IMG/VR virus record: IMGVR_UViG_3300012018_000002
Location: 48,766-112,765 of that record
Length of the DNA: 64,000 nt
Source: a virus
Taxonomy: Duplodnaviria; Caudoviricetes
Direction: 5' to 3' (one strand)
Shown: positions 1 through 7,914 of the stretch, piece by piece
How the letters are laid out: every line of letters starts with the position of its first letter
Position numbering within the stretch: position 1 is the first letter of the stretch
Translations under genes and position numbers: made by a program
Notes under the pieces: generated by a model
The model's input: the letters and a program-made list of their open reading frames with translations, nothing else
Told to the model about the DNA's origin: nothing
The model's database searches: none

Positions 1-474
1 TTCATCATTTGTTAATATACCAACAACTTCAGGTTTAAATAAATCTTGTTGTGTATTAGATAGGAATAAGTAAAGTAAACTTTTTTCATAATTTTCAGGA
101 TGTATCATATTTTTACCTGCAACACACATTTTTCCATCTTCTGTAAGATAACTACATTGAGTGCCATCATATCCACAAAGTTCAGAGTTATGATAATAAG
201 GTGCTATTTGTGCTAAAGCAAATTCTTTCTTGTTCATTTGAATTATAAATCCTGGTTGCATTTCTCTTATATCAGAGTGCATTTCAATAGGATATGCTGA
301 TTCACCACAAGAAAATAAATCTTGTTGATAGAAATATGTAGTAGCTTTATCACAAGTATTTTCAATTCCTTCAGGAAGAATAAACTTCCTAAAAGATATT
401 TTACTATAATCTTCTGTATATACTTGAACTACATATGTTCTAGTTGGAGAAGGTTGTAATGGAGTTTTTGTCAT
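1..474 (-). CDS. Hypothetical protein, 3'-truncated by the window edge (MTKTPLQPSPTRTYVVQ...)
   Basis: Manual translation: ATG at 474, open for 158 codons to position 1, A-rich leader; absent from the ORF track because it has no stop in the window. Confidence 0.75.
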   Translation of the reverse strand, partial: MTKTPLQPSPTRTYVVQVYTEDYSKISFRKFILPEGIENTCDKATTYFYQQDLFSCGESAYPIEMHSDIREMQPGFIIQMNKKEFALAQIAPYYHNSELCGYDGTQCSYLTEDGKMCVAGKNMIHPENYEKSLLYLFLSNTQQDLFKPEVVGILTNDE

Positions 475-488
475 AATAATAAGTTTTT

Positions 489-536
489 GAGTTAGACATT
501 TATATGTTTCATCTATTTAAGGCTCATCAGTAACTC
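489..536 (-). ncRNA. Type I hammerhead ribozyme
   Basis: Minus strand reads GAGUUA-CUGAUGA-GCCU UAAAU AGAU-GAA-ACAU AUAA AUGU-C-UAACUC: full core (CUGAUGA, GAAA, GUC), perfect stems I and III, stem II with one C-A mismatch. Confidence 0.8.
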
Positions 537-1472
537 TTGTAATAAAAAACTTTGATACTACTCCCATTTAATAGTAGTTCTCACCTCATTGGGATTATTA
601 CAGGTCACAGACGGATTTACCGTCTCACTGCATAACATCAAAGTTTTTATAATTGTAATAAAAAGGTCTATTGTAATACTAAAAGGAGTTGATGAAAATC
701 CTCTACCACATTTTACAGCATAACATGATATGTTGTGTATTGGTATTACAACTGCTCACCCTTGGGAGACTGATTAAATCTAAACATGTAGTTACTCAGG
801 ACAGTTTTTCCAATTAGAGGTTGCAATCTCTACAGGAAGTTTGAGGGCAAACTGACAAACCTTATTCACTCTTTCATCCGAGTTTAGGCATCTATTGTAA
901 TAATTATCCAATGACTACATGGACTGTCTGTTTACTATTTCTAGTTACAATTATTACAATAGACCTAAACCTGATAATACTCTTAGCTATTATACCCCTA
1001 TTTCAGGATAGCTTATCGGAGATATATCAGACCCAATAGAATAGCTAATCTTTAATAGCGTGTATTGTTACATCTACTGTATTAGCTATTTATTGTGCAC
1101 TCTTTAAAGAATAAATTAAAATAAGAACCTTCATTTTTCTCGACTAATAGCTATTCTTAATTCGCTAAGTCTCCCAACTATGAGTAAAGGATACTCTCAC
1201 GTCGTGGAATTTAAAAATACATATTACATATAAAAATGAATATTCATGTGGCATTCCTATAAGGAAGTGCAATACCACACCACTTAGGAGACAGCAGATT
1301 TTTTAATAATCCTGTTTTCGTGATTTATATTTATCCCTTTCGGGTCTCCACTTGTCTACACCATTGCAATGGCTGAATTAATAGTTCATAATAATAAAAG
1401 GTAAAAACGAATATAGCAAAACACCTATCTATCATCCTTTTAGCAAGGTTGAGTCATTGATAGGCGTTTATG

Positions 1473-1895
1473 TCAATATAATACGATGTTGTTTATTGTG
1501 TATAAATGAGTTGAAAATGTATCATCAGTTATAACCCAAAGAGCAATAGTCTCTTCATTTGTATCATCTTTTTGTCTAAATGATACTTCGTTATTAATTA
1601 TTTGATTATTAAATTTTCTTGTAAGTTCATGCCTAATGATACCTTTTATTAGATTACATTCTTCATCCAACACAACACATGGTTTATTATGAAAGTTATT
1701 AAATATGAAAGAGGTAAGTTTATATTCAATATCACATTGTTTATTAACAAATGTAAATCTATCTTTACTAGTTAACTTTTTAAATAACTTATTACAATCA
1801 GGATTATCATAAAGAAACCTGTTAAATTTCATGTTGGTATTAAACTCTTCTATGATATTATCAATAGACTGAGGTATTATTTCACTTATGAACAT
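1473..1895 (-). CDS. Hypothetical protein
   Basis: 140-aa ORF with ATG, on the same strand as its neighbours. Confidence 0.7.
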   Translation of the reverse strand: MFISEIIPQSIDNIIEEFNTNMKFNRFLYDNPDCNKLFKKLTSKDRFTFVNKQCDIEYKLTSFIFNNFHNKPCVVLDEECNLIKGIIRHELTRKFNNQIINNEVSFRQKDDTNEETIALWVITDDTFSTHLYTINNIVLY

Positions 1896-2484
1896 AATGC
1901 TATATTTATATGGTTAATTGAATTTGATGTTAAATGAAATATGAGTAAAAATGATAGTAGAGAAAACTGCTCTTCATTTCTACTCATAATCTCCTGACTA
2001 TCATTTACTTAAATAATAATCATACAAGTCATACTCTGACTTATAAAAGCTTAATTTATTCATGATAATATATTGAGGTGAATTAATTCAGATACAAAGT
2101 AAGCAGATATACTATAAAAGAGTAGTAATAATACAATGCTTTCTTTCTAGGACATTATACTTCTTACTACTCTACACATAGAATAACAACTTTAGCAATG
2201 TTACCAACTAAAGCAAGTTCAGAGTTAAACTCTTAATAATGTATTCGAGAATTTCTATACTAGTCTAATTTATATAGCATAAACTGGAATACATTATTAA
2301 AAGTAGAGCATGAATAACATACTCTACTAACCCTAACCATATAACAACCAATTAGTTAGCTGTAGCTCATGACCTGAAGGTGGGAAACTACAGCACACAA
2401 GGCACAACCCTTGTATTAATATCTTAAAAGCTAGTGTAGACTTGAGGAGTTAGTCTACATCTAGCAATATGCGCTTTCTGGTTG

Positions 2485-2736
2485 TTAAGCCAGAAGTCCT
2501 GTAAGGTTTTTAACCACGTTTGTTTCTCTGTGGTTGATGAGACAAGCATCTTCCATTTTGTCATCTTCCCAAAGAAAGTCAAGAGGTTTGTCATAGTCGA
2601 TGTTGTTTTCAACTTTGAACTTACCAACGTTGGTTGCGAGAAACAGTTTGCCATTTTGCGGGTTCTTAACAACTTCCATTGTGTTAATCCCAAGCTTAGC
2701 GGCGAAGCTTTTGTAGTTCATTGAATTTTTTGCCAT
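2485..2736 (-). CDS. Hypothetical protein, first gene of the minus-strand block (MAKNSMNYKSF...VVKNPQNGKLF)
   Basis: ATG at 2736 preferred over the upstream alternative start; followed by strong hairpins at 2359-2466. Confidence 0.75.
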   Translation of the reverse strand: MAKNSMNYKSFAAKLGINTMEVVKNPQNGKLFLATNVGKFKVENNIDYDKPLDFLWEDDKMEDACLINHRETNVVKNLTGLLA

Positions 2737-2743
2737 AAGATAA

Positions 2744-2761
2744 AGCGGGGTGTTCCCCGCT
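2744..2761. promoter_or_regulatory. GC-rich hairpin 7 nt upstream of the first minus-strand gene
   Basis: AGCGGGG-TGTT-CCCCGCT perfect 7-bp stem in AT-rich DNA. Confidence 0.45.
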
Positions 2762-3089
2762 AGTTTTTCAACGTAGTCCCCTTGATTGAGATGGTCTATA
2801 CCCTCACAAATTTTCAAAAAAATTTTTTAGTAGAAAATATTTATCATATTAACTATTTTTAACATTTATAATGGAAAATATTTTTACCAGGATTTACTAC
2901 TTTGTTCATGATATTTACCAAATGCTATATTGTATACAAAAGCTAACATTCTATACATTTATACTTGTAAAGGTATAACCTTACTTTAATAAAGAATTGT
3001 CAGGTCATAACCTTATTCTGTATACTCTATTAGACACTTTGAATTACAAAGGTTAAAAAGTGTTAAAGTTTTCCTAATAAGACCAAAAC

Positions 3090-3122
3090 ATGCAAAAGTG
3101 TCAAAAACTTTTTGTATGTTTG
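3090..3122 (+). promoter_or_regulatory. Bacteroidota-type promoter at the start of the + strand block
   Basis: TATGTTTG (3115-3122) matches the -7 element TAnnTTTG; imperfect -33 (ATGC) 21 nt upstream. Confidence 0.55.
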
Positions 3123-3447
3123 CAATCGAAAGACATGAACCCATGTATCCCCTCCGAGGGCGTAAGTAATTAGGAGGGCAGACAGAGGATTGGGTGGTTT
3201 AAGAATTTAAGAATGAAAAAGTGTCAACATTGTAAAGCTTTAAAAGCTGCTATTTTATACTTAAATGCTCATATTGACTGAGACATACTTACCATTGTTT
3301 TCTCCTCTACTTTCAAAAGTGAGAATATAGGGATTTGGGGTGGAATAAAGCTTAAAGGGTGATAGGCTCCACAGAGGGTGTAATCGAACAGCAAGTCCTG
3401 AAAGTTCAAATGAAAAAGTAAACTGTAAAAACGGTAGGGGATTTTCT

Positions 3448-3834
3448 ATGGTAAAAAGAAACATAATTCAAATCCCTCTTTTCCAAGGGGAAGTTGAAGT
3501 TTATACTAACAAGAAGAAAATGTTAGATAGACTATTGGAAATAGGTTTGGTTAGAAAACTGAAAAAAGAAAAGACTGAAAAGTTCTTAGAATTGTTAGAG
3601 GGGGTAGTTTATTATGAGACAAAAACAGACCTTATAATAATAGTATATTTACCTTCAAAATATAATGATATAACAACTTCTCATGAGGTTATTCATATCA
3701 TTACTACTTTTTATAAGTATTATGATTTACCTGCTCCAAAGGAAGGTAAAGATGAAATATTTGCAAGATACCATGATTACTTCATGAGTGAAATAAAAAG
3801 TAAGATATATCGTATTCAGGATAAAACTGAATAA
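3448..3834 (+). CDS. Small HExxH (zincin-like) protein
   Basis: TTSHEVIHI motif followed by a downstream E (DEIFA). Confidence 0.6.
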   Translation: MVKRNIIQIPLFQGEVEVYTNKKKMLDRLLEIGLVRKLKKEKTEKFLELLEGVVYYETKTDLIIIVYLPSKYNDITTSHEVIHIITTFYKYYDLPAPKEGKDEIFARYHDYFMSEIKSKIYRIQDKTE

Positions 3835-3859
3835 ATCATTCATTAAATAAATTAATTAA

Positions 3860-3867
3860 TATCTTTA
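3860..3867 (+). promoter_or_regulatory. Putative -7 promoter element, near-leaderless transcript
   Basis: TATCTTTA 5 nt before ATG 3873; the same octamer occurs at 14495. Confidence 0.45.
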
Positions 3868-3872
3868 CATCA

Positions 3873-4280
3873 ATGATTCCAGTAATAAAAGATGAATATA
3901 AAGTAGAGGAAAAAGAGTTCTATAGAATTTACTTTAACATCTTCAATATAAAATTAGATAAAAAGTTAACCCCACAAGAGATAGAGGTTTTAGCAATATT
4001 ATGTAGTAAACCAATGAATTTCTATTTAGACAGTAAAAGGGCAGCAAATCACAAAAGTAGAAAATATGAGATAGCTGAAGAATTAGGAGTTAACAAAACA
4101 GTAATTTATGGGTTCTTAAATGGACTAGTTTCAAAAGGATTACTGATAAAAAAATCAGACGACTTTATGGAGTTACCACAAGGTATACAAACATTAAGGT
4201 CAGCAATAAAAAGTAATATAAAACAAAATCCTAAAAAAGAGTTTGTTTTTGATTATACATTTAATTTCACAGTAAAATGA
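3873..4280 (+). CDS. Winged-helix DNA-binding protein
   Basis: LTPQEIEVLAIL...KYEIAEELGVNKTVIYGFLNGLVSKGLL helix-turn-helix/wing pattern. Confidence 0.7.
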   Translation: MIPVIKDEYKVEEKEFYRIYFNIFNIKLDKKLTPQEIEVLAILCSKPMNFYLDSKRAANHKSRKYEIAEELGVNKTVIYGFLNGLVSKGLLIKKSDDFMELPQGIQTLRSAIKSNIKQNPKKEFVFDYTFNFTVK

Positions 4281-4492
4281 TAATTGATAAAATAGATGAA
4301 GCTATAAAAGGATGGAGAAAAAAAGTTAATGCAGACACTACTGATTTAACACCATCTTTTTTAATCCTTGACAGAGTATCTTACGCAGCCTTGCTTGATG
4401 CAAGAGGAATGGAAGAAGAAGACATTACTGAATATGCAGGAATGATAATTCATATAGAACCTAAAGATGAAGGAAAAGTCGAGTGCATTTAA
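4277..4492 (+). CDS. Hypothetical protein
   Basis: 71-aa ORF, ATGA-coupled to the upstream gene. Confidence 0.7.
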   Translation: MIIDKIDEAIKGWRKKVNADTTDLTPSFLILDRVSYAALLDARGMEEEDITEYAGMIIHIEPKDEGKVECI

Positions 4493-4970
4493 AGTAGAAC
4501 ATATGAATCCCTGGATGATGGGTGCAGTAGATACAAATAGGTGTGGAGAGTTAAAGTTTTTTGAAGGAAGTAAAGAACTAGACCCTGATGATGTTAACTT
4601 GTGGGATAAGGTAGATTCTAGTGTTTGGATTGAAGCTTATGATAAATCTGGTGAAAATATGCCTAATTATATGAAAGATTTATATCAAGCAGGTCTACCT
4701 AAAATAGCAATGACAGGAAAAAAAGCAGGTAAAGTTATCGTTTATGGAACTAGTGGAGACATGGACAAACATTCAAACTTTAAAGACCTATTTTACAATC
4801 CAGGACTAAGACAACAATTAAATAACAATGGCTATTTTATTTCAGGAGCTAGTAGAAAAGGTAAGCAAGAAAACAGGTTATTCAGAACAATTAGTAAAGC
4901 TTTGTATAAGGCACAAGTTTTCCTGGTTAAGACAACAAATGACATCTTCAGAAGAAGTCGCAATCTTTGA
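4467..4970 (+). CDS. Small protein resembling a terminase ATPase fragment (degenerate Walker B to motif III)
   Basis: KVIVYGTSGDMDKHSNFKDLFYNP aligns with TerL IAIIYGTGGDMEKGAKEFSEMFYNP in this window; its 3' end overlaps the next gene by 143 nt. Confidence 0.65.
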   Translation: MKEKSSAFKVEHMNPWMMGAVDTNRCGELKFFEGSKELDPDDVNLWDKVDSSVWIEAYDKSGENMPNYMKDLYQAGLPKIAMTGKKAGKVIVYGTSGDMDKHSNFKDLFYNPGLRQQLNNNGYFISGASRKGKQENRLFRTISKALYKAQVFLVKTTNDIFRRSRNL

Positions 4971-5100
4971 CCAGTTTTGGGGAACTTATCAACTATCTGA
5001 AAAAAGAATTTACAACTATCTTAAAAGACATCCAGAGGATGAATATTTTAAAGAATTATTCCAGAAAATAAAACAACACAATAAATCACGAAAAAAATGA
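4828..5100 (+). CDS. HU/IHF-like DNA-binding protein
   Basis: ELVEKVSKKTGYS...LVKLCI...FWGTY pattern of the HU/IHF N-terminal helices and FGTF-like strand. Confidence 0.6.
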   Translation: MAILFQELVEKVSKKTGYSEQLVKLCIRHKFSWLRQQMTSSEEVAIFDQFWGTYQLSEKRIYNYLKRHPEDEYFKELFQKIKQHNKSRKK

Positions 5101-5666
5101 GTGAAATAATGAATGAAGATATTTCTTCAAAAAACTATGATGAATTCGACTTTCCAGAAGGGTCAGAAAAAGAGCAAGAATATTTAAGAAAAAAACAAGA
5201 AGAAGTAGATACTTACAATCGAGAAATTACTAATTTCCATCCTTTTCTGAAAGAAAGAAAGTTTGTAGAAGGGAATATAATCGTAAGGTTATTTAAAATG
5301 GACATGGTAAAAGAGATAGAAGTAATGGGACAAACATCTCTTATTAGAGCTTACTCTAAAATGAAAGTTCCTAATGGTCATGATGAACATGGTAAAGAAA
5401 AATTCAAACATGTAGAAAATTTATTACCATATAAATTTGAAGGTGTAATTGCAGGATTTGATACTAGTTTAGACAAACCATTCTTAAAAAAAGATTTAAA
5501 GGTTCAGTTATCTCCTTTTAACATTTTGGATTATATTTATTATCCTGATAGAGAAAAAGAAGATGAACCTTGGACTGCTGAAGATGTAAAAAGAGGAAAA
5601 AATGTTTTACCTAATTTTGAAGGTTATGTTAAGATTAGAGCAAACATGATAGAGAGTTATGAATAA
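5097..5666 (+). CDS. Putative divergent, enlarged GroES-like co-chaperonin
   Basis: Overlaps the groEL start; strand pattern GNIIVR...EGVIAG...LKVQL...YVKIRANMI resembles GroES with long insertions. Confidence 0.45.
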   Translation: MSEIMNEDISSKNYDEFDFPEGSEKEQEYLRKKQEEVDTYNREITNFHPFLKERKFVEGNIIVRLFKMDMVKEIEVMGQTSLIRAYSKMKVPNGHDEHGKEKFKHVENLLPYKFEGVIAGFDTSLDKPFLKKDLKVQLSPFNILDYIYYPDREKEDEPWTAEDVKRGKNVLPNFEGYVKIRANMIESYE

Positions 5667-7188
5667 AATAATCGTATTCAATCAAGAAGCAAAACAAGCT
5701 TTAAAAAGAGGAATAGACAGTCTTGCTAATGCAGTAAGAGTTACTCTTGGACCAGAAGGTAAGACTGTCATTCTTGCTTCTTATAAAGATAATAAAGCCA
5801 CTATTACTAAAGATGGTGTGTCAGTAGCAAGACAAGTGTTCTTAAAAGACCCAGTAGAAAATGCAGCAGCTCAAATAGTTAAAGAGGTAGCTAATAAAAC
5901 AGCAGAAGATGCTGGAGATGGAACTACCACAGCTACTGTTTTAGCACAAGCTTTAATAACTAATTGTATTGATAAGAATTTAACAAGTAAGTTTTTTAAG
6001 CAGCTTTTAGAAGATAAAGATGCAGTAATTGAAAATATTAAATCTCAATCTAAAAAAATATCTTCTGAAGATACTGTTTCACTGATTAATGTTGCTTCTA
6101 TATCTGCTAACAATGATAAAGAGATTGGTAAGCTAGTAGCAGAAGCAATACAAAAAACAGGTAAACATGGAATAGTAACTGCAGAAGAAGGAGATTCTTT
6201 TGAGACAAAAATAGTTCTTAAAAAAGGTTTGAATTTTGAATCTGGTTTTATATCTCCATTATTTATTAATGATACAGATAAGTTAGAATGTGAACTAAGT
6301 AACTGTTGTATCTTTATGTATGATGAAGAGTTAACTAGAATTGAAGATGTATTACCTCAAATTAGATTTGCAAATGCAAGAAAAAAATCACTGCTGGTAG
6401 TTGCACCAGATATACACGGTGATGCATTAAGTGTTCTTTTAAGTCAGAAAAACCAAGGTTTTAAATGTGCTGCAGTTAAATCACCTAGTTTTGGTGAATA
6501 TAGAAAATCATTAATGGTAGACATAGCAACATTAACTGGTGGTGTAGTTGTTGAATCTCAAAAAAGAGTTAACTTTACTGAACTTTTAGAATCTCATTAT
6601 GGTTTTGCTGAAAGAGTAATAATCACTAAAGATGAAACTACAATAGTTGAAGGTAAAGGAAAAACAGAAAAAATAGAGCAAAGAGTAAATCAACTAGAAA
6701 AGCAAATTGAGAATACTGGTAATGAATATGAAGTAAGAATAATGAAAGAAAGAATAGCTAAACTTCAAGGTGGTATTGCTGTAATTAAAGTTGGTGGTTA
6801 TTCTGAAATTGAGATAAAAGAAAAGAAAGATAGAATAGAAGATGCTATCTTTGCAGTTAAAGCAGCTTTATTAGAAGGTATTGTAGAAGGTGGTGGTATT
6901 GCTTATTTAAGAGCAAAAGACCTTTGTAAGACAAAAGAATTACAAGAAGCTCTTTCTACACCATTTGTTCAAATAATGACAAATGCTGGTACATTAGATA
7001 TTCCTGCTTTACAAAACAATATAGTTCAAAAATATATTCCTGGTATTAATGCTAAAACAGGAAAGATAGTAAACATGTATGATGAAGGAATCATAGACCC
7101 ATTAAAAGTAACAAGAGTAGCCTTAGAGAATGCAGTAAGTATTGCTGTAACTTTCTTAACTACTGAATGTATAATTGTAGATGAATAA
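5659..7188 (+). CDS. groEL: Phage-encoded chaperonin GroEL (Cpn60)
   Basis: VTLGPEG, ITKDGVSVA, AGDGTTTATVLA, ERIAKLQGGIAVIKVG, GIIDPLKVTRVALENA; lacks the GGM tail. Confidence 0.97.
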   Translation: MNKIIVFNQEAKQALKRGIDSLANAVRVTLGPEGKTVILASYKDNKATITKDGVSVARQVFLKDPVENAAAQIVKEVANKTAEDAGDGTTTATVLAQALITNCIDKNLTSKFFKQLLEDKDAVIENIKSQSKKISSEDTVSLINVASISANNDKEIGKLVAEAIQKTGKHGIVTAEEGDSFETKIVLKKGLNFESGFISPLFINDTDKLECELSNCCIFMYDEELTRIEDVLPQIRFANARKKSLLVVAPDIHGDALSVLLSQKNQGFKCAAVKSPSFGEYRKSLMVDIATLTGGVVVESQKRVNFTELLESHYGFAERVIITKDETTIVEGKGKTEKIEQRVNQLEKQIENTGNEYEVRIMKERIAKLQGGIAVIKVGGYSEIEIKEKKDRIEDAIFAVKAALLEGIVEGGGIAYLRAKDLCKTKELQEALSTPFVQIMTNAGTLDIPALQNNIVQKYIPGINAKTGKIVNMYDEGIIDPLKVTRVALENAVSIAVTFLTTECIIVDE

Positions 7189-7204
7189 AGAAGAATTTTA
7201 ATAT

Positions 7205-7280
7205 TGCGAGTGGGTGAAATGGATTAATCATTCTAGGCTCATAACCTACGAGATAATGGGTTCGATTCCCATACTCGCTA
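7205..7280 (+). tRNA. tRNA-Met (CAT), initiator-like
   Basis: GCGAGT/ACTCGC acceptor with 1:72 mismatch, loop CTCATAA, T-arm ATGGG-TTCGATT-CCCAT. Confidence 0.85.
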
Positions 7281-7354
7281 CATTGCAAAGAGATAGCTAA
7301 CAAATAGACATTGGAGGTTTCCAGTTATTGATAAAATTTGGAATCTGCTATCTC

Positions 7355-7428
7355 ACATACATTGACTCATTGGCGTGATAAGTGGTCTCCAAAACCATGA
7401 TTTGCAGGTTCGACTCCTGCTCTCTGTG
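7355..7428 (+). tRNA. tRNA-Trp (CCA), degenerate 5' half
   Basis: GTGGT-CTCCAAA-ACCAT anticodon arm and GCAGG-TTCGACT-CCTGC T-arm intact; acceptor ACATACA/TCTCTGT has 2 mismatches; weak D-stem. Confidence 0.6.
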
Positions 7429-7443
7429 CTAAATTAAAAAACT

Positions 7444-7599
7444 ATGGATGAAATAAAAACAAAACTATTGCAACAATTACATCGTGCAATAGAAAGTCTT
7501 GAAGGTCAAGATATTAACAATATTGAAGATGTAAAAAATTTTATGTTTATTATACAACAATCTAGTCAAATTATTAGTGTAATAAATAATTTAAACTAA
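7444..7599 (+). CDS. Small hypothetical protein (51 aa, MDEIKTKLLQQLHRAIE...)
   Basis: Manual translation; AAAAACTATG start context typical of this genome. Confidence 0.6.
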   Translation: MDEIKTKLLQQLHRAIESLEGQDINNIEDVKNFMFIIQQSSQIISVINNLN

Positions 7600-7673
7600 G
7601 TGGTGTTTGAAAGAGTTACTTCAACTTTTCTGAACAGAGTTACCAAATAAACTCTTTCTATTTTTCCCTTAGT
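7595..7673 (+). ncRNA. Flavo-1-like RNA motif
   Basis: ACTAAG.GG/CCCTTAGT outer stem, GGTGT, GAAAGAGTT/AACTCTTTC inner stem with the GTTACTTC hallmark and a TATTTTT internal loop; matches my recollection of the Flavo-1 consensus. Confidence 0.6.
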
Positions 7674-7677
7674 ATTT

Positions 7678-7750
7678 AGTTCTGTAGCCCAACGGAAGAG
7701 GCACATGCCTTAGGAGCATGATAGTAAGAGTTCGAGTCTCTTTAGAACTA
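7678..7750 (+). tRNA. tRNA-Leu (TAG), short variable region
   Basis: AGTTCTG/TAGAACT, CATGC-CTTAGGA-GCATG, AAGAG-TTCGAGT-CTCTT. Confidence 0.85.
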
Positions 7751-7755
7751 CAATT

Positions 7756-7826
7756 ATCCTTTTAGTTCAATGGAAGAACGCCATCTTTACATGGTGGTTA
7801 AAGAGGTTCGATTCCTTTAAAGGATA
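7756..7826 (+). tRNA. tRNA-Val (TAC)
   Basis: ATCCTTT/AAAGGAT, GTTC/GAAC D-stem, CCATC-TTTACAT-GGTGG, AGAGG-TTCGATT-CCTTT. Confidence 0.85.
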
Positions 7827-7832
7827 CTAAAT

Positions 7833-7914
7833 TGAGTGGTAGACAAGCTGGAAAAATCAAGTGTCTGTAAAACATGCGTCTTTGACTATGGGGGTTCGAG
7901 TCCCTCTCACTCAA
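7833..7914 (+). tRNA. tRNA-Tyr (GTA)
   Basis: TGAGTGG/TCACTCA, loop CTGTAAA, long variable arm, GGGGG-TTCGAGT-CCCTC. Confidence 0.85.

Noticed and set aside
664-966. Group I intron or retron msr-msd
   Set aside because: No convincing P7 (R/S) pair, no interrupted gene and no reverse transcriptase in the window
2424-2724. ORF-track entries 2482..2724 (+) and 2424..2693 (-)
   Set aside because: Shadow or alternative frames of the 2485-2736 gene, with no good start context
3261-3464. 67-aa minus-strand ORF
   Set aside because: Antisense to the + leader and first gene, non-ATG start, no recognisable features
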